From a virus (Duplodnaviria > Caudoviricetes), in the IMG/VR virus record IMGVR_UViG_3300046062_000023, positions 1 through 46,529 of that record: 46,529 bases of DNA. One strand, written 5' to 3'. The notes below the pieces were generated by a model, which was not told the DNA's origin, did not search any database, and saw nothing but the letters and a program-made list of their open reading frames with translations. The position numbers were made by a program, and so were the translations under genes. How positions within the stretch are numbered: the stretch's first letter is position 1; every line of letters starts with the position of its first letter. This document shows, in pieces, positions 7,647-16,860 of this stretch.

Positions 7647-8348
7647 ATGCCTACAGAGAACGTCAAAGACCGAAAAAGTTACGAACAGGACAGAACCCGA
7701 TTCTTCGGGACGAGCAACGCTGACGGACCAATTCTCAAATGTGCCGACTGCGGCGCAACGCTCTCAGCCGAGGAGGCTGAGCGCCACCTCTGCCCGGCCG
7801 ACCGAGACAACCGCCGCGACGGCGGGACGTATCACGTCGTCTGTCACGACTGCGACTACGAGGAGATCATCGACGGCACCAACGCGCTCACCGGCTCCCC
7901 GCAGCAGGACGCTGGAACCGCGTGGTACGAGCATCTCCAGGACACCGGCCACGATGTCGACTGGGACCGCGTCGACGAGCAGACGCGGCGCGTCGCCACC
8001 GACGGTGGCGTGAACTTCCACCGCGACCTCTCCGCCTTCCAGCAGGACCTCCTGTTCTGCCTCCGGCGCATCGAGCGCGGGAAGGCCGACGAGGACCAGC
8101 CCTACGGCCTCGGCATCAAGCGCGAGGTCGAGGAGCTCCGCGAGGTCAAGGTGAACCACGGCCGGCTCTATCCCAACCTGGACGAGCTGGTCGAGATCGG
8201 CCTCATCGCGAAGTCGATGGTCGACCGCCGCACCAACGAGTACGAGACGACGAAGACCGGCCGCGAGGTCATCGAGCAGCATGCGACCTTCGTCCTCGAA
8301 TCGGTCGCCGAACGACTCCCCGCGGCCGACGGTGGTGTCGGCCAGTGA
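7647..8348 (+). CDS. Zn-finger plus PadR-family wHTH fusion regulator
   Basis: CADCG..HLC and CHDC..H..GH; DLSAFQQDLL..YGLGIK..VNHGRLYPNLDELV..DRRTNEY. Confidence 0.85.
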   Translation: MPTENVKDRKSYEQDRTRFFGTSNADGPILKCADCGATLSAEEAERHLCPADRDNRRDGGTYHVVCHDCDYEEIIDGTNALTGSPQQDAGTAWYEHLQDTGHDVDWDRVDEQTRRVATDGGVNFHRDLSAFQQDLLFCLRRIERGKADEDQPYGLGIKREVEELREVKVNHGRLYPNLDELVEIGLIAKSMVDRRTNEYETTKTGREVIEQHATFVLESVAERLPAADGGVGQ

Positions 8349-8470
8349 GCGCCGCCTCGTCCGGCACCGTCTGCAAGACCTGCGGCGAGGAGTCGGAGAA
8401 GTGCTACCGCTGCACCAACCCGGACTGCCCGCGAGGAGATCTCGTCGGCCAGGGAGGGTCGGAGCGATGA
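8345..8470 (+). CDS. Small CxxC Zn-finger protein
   Basis: CKTCG..CYRCTNPDC; GTGA and ATGA overlaps at its two ends. Confidence 0.65.
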   Translation: MSAASSGTVCKTCGEESEKCYRCTNPDCPRGDLVGQGGSER

Positions 8471-9051
8471 CGCACACCGACATCCGAACGGGCGACGTCG
8501 TCTACGACCTCGGCCAGTCGGGAACCCCGAAGATGCAGGTCGTTGACGTCCTCGCCGAGGACCTCGCGGAGTACCGCGAGCGCGAGGACTTCGACATCTC
8601 GACGCACAAGAGTCACCCGCACCTCCCCGTCCGGGAGTCCGACCGGGTGCTCGCCTGTGTCTACCTGCCCGAGGACCCCGGCGCCGACACCGCCTCGGGG
8701 AACAACCCGTATCCGTTCCCCGAGGGCCGGCTCGCCCGCTCGCCAATCGAGCAGGCCGCCGCCGATCTCGAGCGCGTCCAGGACGTCCTCGTTCGCGACG
8801 TCCTGGAGGACCTGCTCGTGATGGCCAGCGTGATCGACTCCACGGGGACCATCGACGAGAGCCGGGAGGCCGTCCTCCTGGACGTCGCCGGCGAGGTCCT
8901 CGACGAGTCGGTCGTCCGCGACGCGGAGGAACTCGCATGCACCCACCCGAACTGGCAGGGCGACGAGGCCCCCGCGGCCACCAAGGACGACGTCGACGCC
9001 GATGCCGACGCTGACGAGCTTGGCGACTTCGAGCCCAGCGCGGAGACATGA
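8467..9051 (+). CDS. Hypothetical protein
   Basis: Coupled ORF, acidic, YPFPEGRL motif. Confidence 0.8.
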   Translation: MTHTDIRTGDVVYDLGQSGTPKMQVVDVLAEDLAEYREREDFDISTHKSHPHLPVRESDRVLACVYLPEDPGADTASGNNPYPFPEGRLARSPIEQAAADLERVQDVLVRDVLEDLLVMASVIDSTGTIDESREAVLLDVAGEVLDESVVRDAEELACTHPNWQGDEAPAATKDDVDADADADELGDFEPSAET

Positions 9052-9209
9052 CGACCGTCGAGCTCTGGCTCAACGGGGAACACTACGTGTTCTCCCGCGA
9101 CCAGTGGGAGACCCTCGTCGACTCCGTCGACGGGCCGGTCCACGACCTCGACGACGACGAGCTGCAGGACCGCATCGACCAGGCACTCGCGACAGAGAGC
9201 GCCGCCTGA
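9048..9209 (+). CDS. Small hypothetical protein (53 aa)
   Basis: MTTVELWLNGEHYVFSRDQW...; ATGA overlap; not in ORF track. Confidence 0.65.
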   Translation: MTTVELWLNGEHYVFSRDQWETLVDSVDGPVHDLDDDELQDRIDQALATESAA

Positions 9210-9229
9210 ACCACCAGTAACCAGACAAA

Positions 9230-9982
9230 ATGTTCGAAGCAATCATCGCAAAATCCGAACTCGAATCGTTCACCAACCCCCTCAGCACACTCGTCGACGA
9301 GTGCAAGCTGAACCTCGGCGAGGACGGCCTCGCCGTGAAGGCAGTTGACCCCGCGAACGTCGCGATGGTCGGGTGCGACCTCGACGCCGGCGCGTTCGAG
9401 TCCTACGAGGCCGACGGCGGCGTGATCGGCATCAACCTCTCGCGCTTCGAGGACGTCGTCGGGATGGCAGACTCGGGCGACCTCGTCTACCTCGAGCTGG
9501 ACGAGGAGACCCGGAAGCTCCACATCCAGATCGAGGGGATGGAGTACACGCTCGCGCTGATCGACCCGGACTCCATCCGGGCCGAGCCCGAACTCCCCGA
9601 CCTTGACCTCCCGGCGACGATCGTCCTGGAGGGCCGGGACATCAACCGCGGCGTGAAAGCCTCCGACATGGTGTCGGACCACATCCGGCTGCGCGTCGGC
9701 GAGACCGACGCCGGCGACGACGCCTTCGTGATCGAGGCGCAGGGCGACACCGACGACGTCATCGTCGAACTGGCCCGGGATGACCTGATCGACCTGACGG
9801 TCGGCGACGCGAGTTCGCTGTTCTCGCTCGACTACCTGAAGGACATGGACAAGGCGATCGACGCTGACGCGGAGGTCACCGTCGAGCTCGGCGAGGAGTT
9901 CCCGGTCAAACTCTTCCACGAAATCGCCGAGGGGCAGGGCAGCTGCCAGTACATGCTGTCGCCGCGGATTCAGAGCAACTGA
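9230..9982 (+). CDS. pcn: DNA polymerase sliding clamp (PCNA)
   Basis: [47 protein letters not shown]. Confidence 0.97.
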   Translation: MFEAIIAKSELESFTNPLSTLVDECKLNLGEDGLAVKAVDPANVAMVGCDLDAGAFESYEADGGVIGINLSRFEDVVGMADSGDLVYLELDEETRKLHIQIEGMEYTLALIDPDSIRAEPELPDLDLPATIVLEGRDINRGVKASDMVSDHIRLRVGETDAGDDAFVIEAQGDTDDVIVELARDDLIDLTVGDASSLFSLDYLKDMDKAIDADAEVTVELGEEFPVKLFHEIAEGQGSCQYMLSPRIQSN

Positions 9983-9987
9983 TCACG

Positions 9988-10419
9988 ATGACTGAAAAAA
10001 CCATCTCCGGCTGGCTCGTCGTGGACTGGCGGAAGGGCAAGCACCGGACGCGGCAGTCGAAGCCGAAGGCCTCGGAACTCGGGAGCAACGAGCTGCTCGC
10101 GAAGATCTCGATCGACGTTCACGTTCCCGAAGTCGAGGTCCCTGAGCTGGCTGTCGAGATAGATGTTCCCGAGCCGCACGTCCGGGCGGCGACGCTTGAG
10201 GCTCTCGACGAGGAGCAGCTCCCCGGCTGGGCGGACGTCGCGAACGAGGCGATCCCGTCGACGATCCCGGACGACCCGAGCGAGTTCCAGAACGAGGTCA
10301 ACCGGATCACGGTGCGGACGCTCACCGAGGCGGCCACCCGCCCCGACCCAGAAGCGGTGCGCGCGTACGTCGACGAGACGATGCGGGCAGTCGCCGGCGG
10401 AGAGGAGGTCGATGCGTGA
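9988..10419 (+). CDS. Hypothetical protein
   Basis: Operon-coupled, typical codon bias. Confidence 0.75.
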   Translation: MTEKTISGWLVVDWRKGKHRTRQSKPKASELGSNELLAKISIDVHVPEVEVPELAVEIDVPEPHVRAATLEALDEEQLPGWADVANEAIPSTIPDDPSEFQNEVNRITVRTLTEAATRPDPEAVRAYVDETMRAVAGGEEVDA

Positions 10420-10937
10420 TGGCGGTCGTCTGCACCATCCCGCAGTACCGCGCGTACGTCGAGAACTACCTCCGCCAACTGGAGGAGGTCGCCGACGACG
10501 AGTGGATGATCGCCGTTGGCGGCTTCGACGGAAACGTCGACGTCAGAGCCCCGAGTACGAACTCGGACTCGAAGAGGATCGGGACTATCGGATTCCCGAA
10601 GCACCTGTTCGCGAAGCCCAAGGGTACGGCGCCGCTCCAGCAGGTCTTCATGGGGTCGATCGACCGCGACAGACTGGTCGGTTCGCTCGCAGTGAAGCGC
10701 GACGAGGTCTCTGAGTCGGCCATCGAGAAGCACGTAGCAGACCAGGAGGGCGACTTCGAGGAGATGCTCGAGGGTACCGAGGAGGCGTTCGACATCGTCT
10801 CCGAGGCTCTCTCGGACGCGACCGGCGTTGCAAAAGACCAGCTGACCCAGGTCACCGAGCACGCGCTACTCTCGGCTCAGCAGCGTGCGAACGCGATGGA
10901 GGTCGCGACCGACGGAGGACAAGACGATGGCGAGTGA
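10416..10937 (+). CDS. Hypothetical protein
   Basis: GTGA overlap, GAGGAGG SD. Confidence 0.75.
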   Translation: MMAVVCTIPQYRAYVENYLRQLEEVADDEWMIAVGGFDGNVDVRAPSTNSDSKRIGTIGFPKHLFAKPKGTAPLQQVFMGSIDRDRLVGSLAVKRDEVSESAIEKHVADQEGDFEEMLEGTEEAFDIVSEALSDATGVAKDQLTQVTEHALLSAQQRANAMEVATDGGQDDGE

Positions 10938-11172
10938 GGAACTGAACCGGCTCGCCTTCGAGCGCGACCTCGCGCTCCGCCAGGCGAAGCTCTCGAAGGC
11001 CGACCTGAAGGTCATCCAGATGGCGCTCAACGAGAACCGCCCACTCGAGGCGCTGCGGACGGTGAACCAGTCAATCGAGCGTCTCGACGAGGAACTCGAC
11101 GCCATCGAAGAGGACTTCCCCGGCGAGACTCCCGACGAGCCGGAACCGCCGGTGGAGGAGGACGATGGGTGA
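10927..11172 (+). CDS. Hypothetical coiled-coil protein
   Basis: GGAGG SD, overlapping start. Confidence 0.7.
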   Translation: MASEELNRLAFERDLALRQAKLSKADLKVIQMALNENRPLEALRTVNQSIERLDEELDAIEEDFPGETPDEPEPPVEEDDG

Positions 11173-11485
11173 CGTCGACCTGACGCTCACCGGCCTCGAA
11201 GACGCGGAGGTTGAGGCGGTCCTCGGCGGGATCAGCACCTATCAGATGCAGGCCCTCGCTGCGGGAGCCATCCCGAAAGTAGCCGCGGCCGGAAACACGC
11301 TCGCGAAGCTCGCGGAGGAGAACCCCGACGCGGTTCGGCGGACGTTCCTCCAGAACCAGGACGCGTTCCGGGTCGCGCAGATGCCCGACGAGATGCTCGA
11401 CCACCTAGACCTCAAGGAGAGGGACGGGAAGCTGTACCGACCCGACGAGGACGACGGCTGGACCGAGGTGGAGATCGATGGCTGA
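11165..11485 (+). CDS. Hypothetical protein
   Basis: SD and overlap. Confidence 0.7.
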   Translation: MGDVDLTLTGLEDAEVEAVLGGISTYQMQALAAGAIPKVAAAGNTLAKLAEENPDAVRRTFLQNQDAFRVAQMPDEMLDHLDLKERDGKLYRPDEDDGWTEVEIDG

Positions 11486-11687
11486 AGCCGAGATCGACCC
11501 GGAGCGAGACGCCGAGATCAGTTCCGAGTTCGCTCTCCACGAGGCAATCGACGCCCACGAGGACGTCGACTGGCGGCACATCCCCGGGATCTCGACCTCC
11601 GAAGCGGCGGCCTGGACGGCCCGGCTGATCAAGGCTGCGGACCAGATGCCGCTCGGCGCTCCCGAGACGACGGAGGAATCGGCATGA
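11478..11687 (+). CDS. Hypothetical protein
   Basis: SD and overlap. Confidence 0.7.
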   Translation: MAEAEIDPERDAEISSEFALHEAIDAHEDVDWRHIPGISTSEAAAWTARLIKAADQMPLGAPETTEESA

Positions 11688-12499
11688 TCCTCGAAATCGT
11701 GAAGCGCGAGCACGAGGAGGGCAACGCGGTACTGAACAGCGACGAGGTCGAGCGAACCCACAACGTCCGATCGATCAAACTCCGGGCCGGTCCCGATGGA
11801 ACCTACCGCCTCAACGTCGACACTCCGCGGTCTGGCCGCGGGACCTCGATCGACCCAGACTGCGAGTACATCGAGATCTTCGACGATGATGCTCACAGCG
11901 GCCGCGGTAGTGCGGTCTGCGGTGCCGACGAGACCTGGCAGTCGACAGTTCTCACCGAGGAGCAGTACGCGCTCCTCCACGACATCGCCCATCACGGCCC
12001 GGACATGAACCTCGGGACCACCGGAGATGTCCTCGAGCGCGCCATCGAAGAGTTCCTCGCCCGGCAAGACCTGGACGAGTGCCCGCGCTGTGGACACCGT
12101 ATTACCCAGGTCTGGGTGGACGACGGCGAACACCGGGACCGCCCGGCCGCGGTCGCCGAGCCGTGTAAGTGCGAGCACCCGCCGAACTTCGCGCCCGACA
12201 CGATCGGCCACGAGAACATCGACGCCCTGCAGGACGAGTTCAACATCGACGACCCGCCGCTCGCGGTCGAGATGTGGCGGGCCGGGATCCGCCCGACGGT
12301 CGGCGGCCACCAGGCCCGGAAGACCGTGACCCGGTTCGCCGAGAACGGCGATCTCGTCGCGGCCGCGCTGCGAGAGGCCGCCAACCGGTACCAGCCCGAC
12401 GTCGACGACGACCGAGTGGACGTCGACGCGGACGACGTCGAGACGCTCCACGACCTCGCGGACGAGATGGAGCAGTACGGTGATGACGATGCCGAGTAG
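11684..12499 (+). CDS. Hypothetical protein with CPxCG motif
   Basis: ECPRCGH...EPCKC. Confidence 0.75.
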   Translation: MILEIVKREHEEGNAVLNSDEVERTHNVRSIKLRAGPDGTYRLNVDTPRSGRGTSIDPDCEYIEIFDDDAHSGRGSAVCGADETWQSTVLTEEQYALLHDIAHHGPDMNLGTTGDVLERAIEEFLARQDLDECPRCGHRITQVWVDDGEHRDRPAAVAEPCKCEHPPNFAPDTIGHENIDALQDEFNIDDPPLAVEMWRAGIRPTVGGHQARKTVTRFAENGDLVAAALREAANRYQPDVDDDRVDVDADDVETLHDLADEMEQYGDDDAE

Positions 12500-12785
12500 C
12501 GCCTCGCAGTATCTCGGGCAGACGGTGAAGTCCCGTCAGGGCTACTGGTACGAAGTCCACGAGGCCGATCGCGACGACGAGGAGCTGCACCTCATCCCGG
12601 TCGACACCGTCCCCGGCCAGTACGTCTCGGTCGAGGACCTCGACGAGCGGATGGCCGACAGCTGGGAGCTCGTCTACGACGGAACGACCGGTCTCTACGA
12701 GCGTGGCGAGCTCGAGGACCCGGCCGGCCGGTCGGCGTTCGCCGGCGAGAACTCTCGGACGCACGCTGGAGGTCAGGATGACTGA
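12489..12785 (+). CDS. Hypothetical protein
   Basis: Coupled acidic ORF; start may be 12480 or 12483. Confidence 0.65.
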   Translation: MPSSASQYLGQTVKSRQGYWYEVHEADRDDEELHLIPVDTVPGQYVSVEDLDERMADSWELVYDGTTGLYERGELEDPAGRSAFAGENSRTHAGGQDD

Positions 12786-13209
12786 CGAGACGCGCGTCGG
12801 CCACTGCCAGCACGACGACATTGACGTCTACGCTGGCCGAGGCGACGGCGGCGACGGCCATCTCCTGAACACCGCCGTCGGGGACCGAGGCTGGCTCGGG
12901 AACCCGTTCGAGGTGGACGACCACGGCCGCGTCCAGTGCATCGACTGGTACCGGACCGAGTTTGAGGCTCGCCTCTACGACGAGAAGGCGTTCCGCGAGG
13001 CGGTCGCCCAGCTGCAGGGGAAGGTCCTCGGCTGCTGGTGCCAGCGCCTCGACGACGACGGGCCGGCCTGCCACGGCGAGGTCATCGCGGAGTGGGCCGA
13101 CCGCCTCGGTCGCGACGAGACGAGCGTGATCTCCGAGCCCGCGCAGCGCGACCTTACTGGCGAGCCGACCGGCCAGTCGACGTTCAACGTGGAGAAGGAC
13201 GATGTTTAG
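12778..13209 (+). CDS. DUF4326 domain protein
   Basis: DVYAGR..GWLGNPF..LQGKVLGCWC..CHGEVI. Confidence 0.85.
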   Translation: MTDETRVGHCQHDDIDVYAGRGDGGDGHLLNTAVGDRGWLGNPFEVDDHGRVQCIDWYRTEFEARLYDEKAFREAVAQLQGKVLGCWCQRLDDDGPACHGEVIAEWADRLGRDETSVISEPAQRDLTGEPTGQSTFNVEKDDV

Positions 13210-13300
13210 GCGGTTCATCGACGCCGTCTACGACCGCCTCCTCGGGATGGATGAACCGGAGAGCAAGAACGAGAACCACGACCCTGAGAGCTACGAATGA
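13202..13300 (+). CDS. Micro-protein (32 aa)
   Basis: MFRRFIDAVYDRLLGMDEPE...; overlaps both neighbours. Confidence 0.5.
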   Translation: MFRRFIDAVYDRLLGMDEPESKNENHDPESYE

Positions 13301-13734
13301 GCCACGTCACAGATAAAGAACTCGCAGAACGAGCGATGGAGCGCGCGAACGAACAGGACACCAGCGACTTCGAGCTGGTCTCGTTCCTCTGCCCGGCGTG
13401 CAACGAGCCGTACTTCGGCGAGGACGCGAACCCGAACGACTTCGTAATCGACCCCGACGACGGCGAGTACGGCAACGACCGGTCGGCCTTCCAGATCAGT
13501 CCCTCGAACATCCTGGACATTGACCCGGACAACCCCTGGGACCGCATCTGCGTCTGGCCGAAGGAGGTCGAGTACGACGACGGCCCCCAGCTCCAGGTCG
13601 CCTACGCCCGTCACGACTTCTCCCAGGAGAAGTACAAGAAGTGGAAGGAGGCCCTGGAGTACCTGAAGAAGAACGAGCGCCGGCGTGAGCAGAACCGCGG
13701 CCTCGACACGTTCGCAGGTGGTCGCGATGACTGA
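13297..13734 (+). CDS. Hypothetical CxxC protein
   Basis: FLCPACNE; coupled. Confidence 0.75.
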   Translation: MSHVTDKELAERAMERANEQDTSDFELVSFLCPACNEPYFGEDANPNDFVIDPDDGEYGNDRSAFQISPSNILDIDPDNPWDRICVWPKEVEYDDGPQLQVAYARHDFSQEKYKKWKEALEYLKKNERRREQNRGLDTFAGGRDD

Positions 13735-13999
13735 GACGAATGCCGACCTCCGCGAGCAGATCCGCGAGCAACTCGACGTGCCGGAGTTCATGGCGGGCAG
13801 TTCGCAGCTCCGGAGCACGACTCTGGAGAAGGCCGTCGAGGCGATCGACGGCTCCCCGTGGGGCGGCGCGCCGAGCCTCCGGCAACAGATCCGAGAGGAA
13901 CTCAACCTGACCGAGGACGGCGAGCAGGACGCCTCGGGGCTGCGGAAGGACGATCTCGTGGCGCTCAGGGACGCGCTGCAGGAGGGGGCCGATGACTGA
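13727..13999 (+). CDS. Hypothetical protein with internal duplication
   Basis: LREQIREQL..LR / LRQQIREEL..LR. Confidence 0.7.
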   Translation: MTETNADLREQIREQLDVPEFMAGSSQLRSTTLEKAVEAIDGSPWGGAPSLRQQIREELNLTEDGEQDASGLRKDDLVALRDALQEGADD

Positions 14000-14408
14000 G
14001 TACGCCCTCGAAGAGCATATCTGGCCGTCGACGGTCGGCTCCTCGATCGCCTGCGAGCTCGGGAAGGCGGATCAGGACCACCCGCACCCGCTCCGACTGG
14101 CCGAGGCGTTCTGCAGCCCGGAGGCCTCGGACGTCGAGGAGATCGATCCCCGCGACTGGATGCTCGCCGTCTTCGCGAGCGACGGGGAGATCTGCCTCCG
14201 CGTGAAGGAGGTCCCCGAGGTGGCGTACGTCGGGTACGAGGACGGGACGCTCGTCGTCTCAGTCCACAACGACGTGTTCCTCCGCCGGATGACGATCGAA
14301 CCCGAGGCGGAGGACGTCCAGGAACTGATCGAGCGGTACACGCCGCAGCTGACTCTACGGCGCCGGACGCCGTTCGCGTCCGACGAGGATGGTGATCCCG
14401 ATGCGTAA
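13992..14408 (+). CDS. Hypothetical protein
   Basis: GGAGG SD, overlap. Confidence 0.7.
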   Translation: MTEYALEEHIWPSTVGSSIACELGKADQDHPHPLRLAEAFCSPEASDVEEIDPRDWMLAVFASDGEICLRVKEVPEVAYVGYEDGTLVVSVHNDVFLRRMTIEPEAEDVQELIERYTPQLTLRRRTPFASDEDGDPDA

Positions 14409-14568
14409 CGGCCTTCCGGAGACGTTTGAGGAGTTCCTCGAGGTGACCGACGTCGCGACTTGCCGGCGCTGCGGAGATACCGTTCGCCGGCGGTTCCTCG
14501 AAGACGGCGTCTGCGTCGGTTGCCGTCACGCTCCCGACGCAACAGGAGGTGTCGAAGCCGATGCGTAA
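14401..14568 (+). CDS. Small Zn-finger protein (55 aa)
   Basis: CRRCG..CVGC; fills the operon gap; not in ORF track. Confidence 0.65.
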   Translation: MRNGLPETFEEFLEVTDVATCRRCGDTVRRRFLEDGVCVGCRHAPDATGGVEADA

Positions 14569-14812
14569 GTGGCGACAGCAGGCTCGCCGGAACCTCCTGG
14601 AGTGGGGCGAGCAGTCCTACCCGGTACTTGCGCTCGCAACCGTTGAGGAACTGGGCGAGCTCGCCCAGGCCCTCCTGGAGCACGAGTACGAGGACGGCGA
14701 CGCCGAGCGGATCCCCGACGAACTCGCAGACCTCGGCGCGCTCGCGTACCAGGTGTACTGGCGGCGGACCGGCTACCCTGGCGACGTGGAGGTGTTGCTC
14801 GCCGATGCCTGA
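14561..14812 (+). CDS. MazG-like nucleotide pyrophosphohydrolase
   Basis: EELGELAQA...DELADL. Confidence 0.75.
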   Translation: MRKWRQQARRNLLEWGEQSYPVLALATVEELGELAQALLEHEYEDGDAERIPDELADLGALAYQVYWRRTGYPGDVEVLLADA

Positions 14813-14987
14813 TCGGAACATCTTCCTTCTGATGTGGGCCGCCGGTCTCGTACTCGCGGAGGTCGCCGCCTACATCGGCCTTCCGGTAGCGAACCACAGT
14901 CAGTTCGAGCGATTCGTGACGATTTCGCTGTTCACCATCGTCCTGATCGTCGCGGCACTGGCGAATGAGGTGCTGACCGATGACTGA
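14805..14987 (+). CDS. Small 2-TM membrane protein
   Basis: Two hydrophobic helices; GGAGGTG SD. Confidence 0.65.
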   Translation: MPDRNIFLLMWAAGLVLAEVAAYIGLPVANHSQFERFVTISLFTIVLIVAALANEVLTDD

Positions 14988-15783
14988 CCTCACATCCTTC
15001 GGCGTCGAGGTCGAGGACGCACCCGTCGACGAGCCCGAGCCGGATCACCAGCCCGATGAGGAGTCGGAGGAACCCGGCTCGGTCTACTCGAACGGCCGGT
15101 GTCCGGCCATCGCGAACGGGAATCGGCGCTGCAAGAACCACGTCTCGCGGATGATGGCCGCGGAGGGCTTCTGCGGGACGCACCGCGACACCGACTCGCT
15201 GACGATCCACGACGACCCCGTCCGCCTCGTCCGGCACCTGGGGAACATCGACGGTCGCTCCGCCCGCTGCCGCGCCCTCAACAGCGACGGCGAGCGCTGC
15301 ACCTACGACTGCGGTCCCCTGGAGTACTTCTGTGGGACCCACCAGGAGATGGACGACCCGGAGACCGTCGACGAGCTCGAGAACGAGGAACTCGACGTCG
15401 ACCTCATCCGCGGGGCGCTCCACGATCTCGTCGGTCTCCCCGACGAGCGACTGCTCGTCAGCCAGGCCGGCCTCCGCCTCCCCCGGCGGTACGCCGAATC
15501 TGAGAAGCAGCTGATCATCCGGACGCCCTGGGGGACGACGAACTCGACGAGCGGCCCCCGCGACCGTGTCTACGACCTGATCACGCCCGACGACTGGGAT
15601 GTCTCCGAGGAGCGCCCGGAGAGCGCGCGAAACCCCGAGTGCCTCGAGAGCGAGCACGCGCCGCTGGTGGGCCTGATGCTCGCCGGCGAGGAGCAGCGCT
15701 GGCTCCCCGTGAACCTCGTTGAGTCCGACGATCGGGATCCGGCGCCGACCGCTCGAACGGTACTCCGAGGTGATGGCGAGTGA
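14980..15783 (+). CDS. Protein with two CCCH-type Zn fingers
   Basis: RCPA..RC..FCGTH and RCRA..RC..FCGTH. Confidence 0.75.
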   Translation: MTDLTSFGVEVEDAPVDEPEPDHQPDEESEEPGSVYSNGRCPAIANGNRRCKNHVSRMMAAEGFCGTHRDTDSLTIHDDPVRLVRHLGNIDGRSARCRALNSDGERCTYDCGPLEYFCGTHQEMDDPETVDELENEELDVDLIRGALHDLVGLPDERLLVSQAGLRLPRRYAESEKQLIIRTPWGTTNSTSGPRDRVYDLITPDDWDVSEERPESARNPECLESEHAPLVGLMLAGEEQRWLPVNLVESDDRDPAPTARTVLRGDGE

Positions 15784-15980
15784 CGTGTCCCGGCTGCTCC
15801 CGGGAGCGGGTCACCCTGATCGGTGGCCTCTGCGGGCACTGCGAGTCGCGGCTCTCCCGGGGCGTCGCCGACGCGATCGAGGAGGCGAACCTGGACCTCG
15901 AACTGAGCATCAGAGATGTCTTTGAGCACAAAGACGGGACGTACCACATCCGCCTTGACACCGGCGGGGAGGGTCAGTGA
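15780..15980 (+). CDS. Small CxxC protein
   Basis: CPGC..CGHC; GTGA overlaps. Confidence 0.65.
   Translation: MTCPGCSRERVTLIGGLCGHCESRLSRGVADAIEEANLDLELSIRDVFEHKDGTYHIRLDTGGEGQ
15910..15935. repeat. Distal family-B palindrome
   Basis: GTCTTTG-agca-CAAAGAC; 15910-15926 is the exact reverse complement of 4306-4322. Confidence 0.55.
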
Positions 15981-16810
15981 TGCTGGAGACCAGCGAGTTC
16001 CTCGGCACTCACCGCTACGAGGAGCCCGAGGACCTCCAAGCGCGCCTCGGCTACTCCGACCCGCCGACGCACGTCTCACTCTTCAGCGGCATCGGCGGGT
16101 TCGACCTCGGGTTCTCTCAGGCGGGCTTCAAGAACCTCGTCGCGGTCGAGGCCGACCAAGACGCGGCCGACACCTACCGGGCGAACCTGATCAACGACTG
16201 CGAGAACTACGGTCAGGAGGAGCCGCCAGTCCTGCTGGAGCGCGATATCCAGGATATCGCAACCTGGGAGATCCTCGAAGCAGCGGGCGCCGGCGTCGGG
16301 CAGATCACCGCGGTCTCCGGCGGGCCGCCCTGTCAGGGCTTCTCGCACATCGGGAAGCGCGAGGAGGACGACCCGCGCAACGAGCTGTACATCGAGATGG
16401 TCCGGATCGTCCACCAGGCCAAGCCGGTGTTCTTCGTGATGGAGAACGTTCCCGGCCTCGCGACGATGCACGATGGCGAGGCGATCATGGAGGTCTGCGA
16501 GCACTTCGAGGCCGGCGGCTACGAGGTCACCTGGGACAAGCTCGACGCCGCCAACTTCGGCGTCCCTCAGCACCGCGAGCGCGTGTTCGTCATCGGCAAG
16601 CGCGTCGACGTGATGGGAATGCCTGAAGAGGGCAACCCGCAAATCCACATCGGCGCGAAGCCCGGTGGGATTGAGCACCCAGAGTTCTTCCGGGAGCGCC
16701 ACGGCCTGAAGGAGCCGGACCAGGCGACGTTCGATGCGTTCACGAACGACGACCCGGAGACGCTGGACGACCTGCTTGAACAGGTCCTCCAGGAGGGCCT
16801 CGATAGATGA
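15977..16810 (+). CDS. DNA cytosine-C5 methyltransferase lacking C-terminal motifs IX/X
   Basis: LFSGIGG, GGPPCQGFS, MENV, PQHRERVF. Confidence 0.9.
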   Translation: MMLETSEFLGTHRYEEPEDLQARLGYSDPPTHVSLFSGIGGFDLGFSQAGFKNLVAVEADQDAADTYRANLINDCENYGQEEPPVLLERDIQDIATWEILEAAGAGVGQITAVSGGPPCQGFSHIGKREEDDPRNELYIEMVRIVHQAKPVFFVMENVPGLATMHDGEAIMEVCEHFEAGGYEVTWDKLDAANFGVPQHRERVFVIGKRVDVMGMPEEGNPQIHIGAKPGGIEHPEFFRERHGLKEPDQATFDAFTNDDPETLDDLLEQVLQEGLDR

Positions 16811-16860
16811 CCCGGAACCTCGCCGCAGTCGTGCGGTTTAGAGGGGGGGCGGTGGTAGTC

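Noticed and set aside
9230-9982. Viral PCNA as a novelty in itself
   Set aside because: Already known from phiCh1/phiH1-type viruses; only the PIP-like partners are flagged
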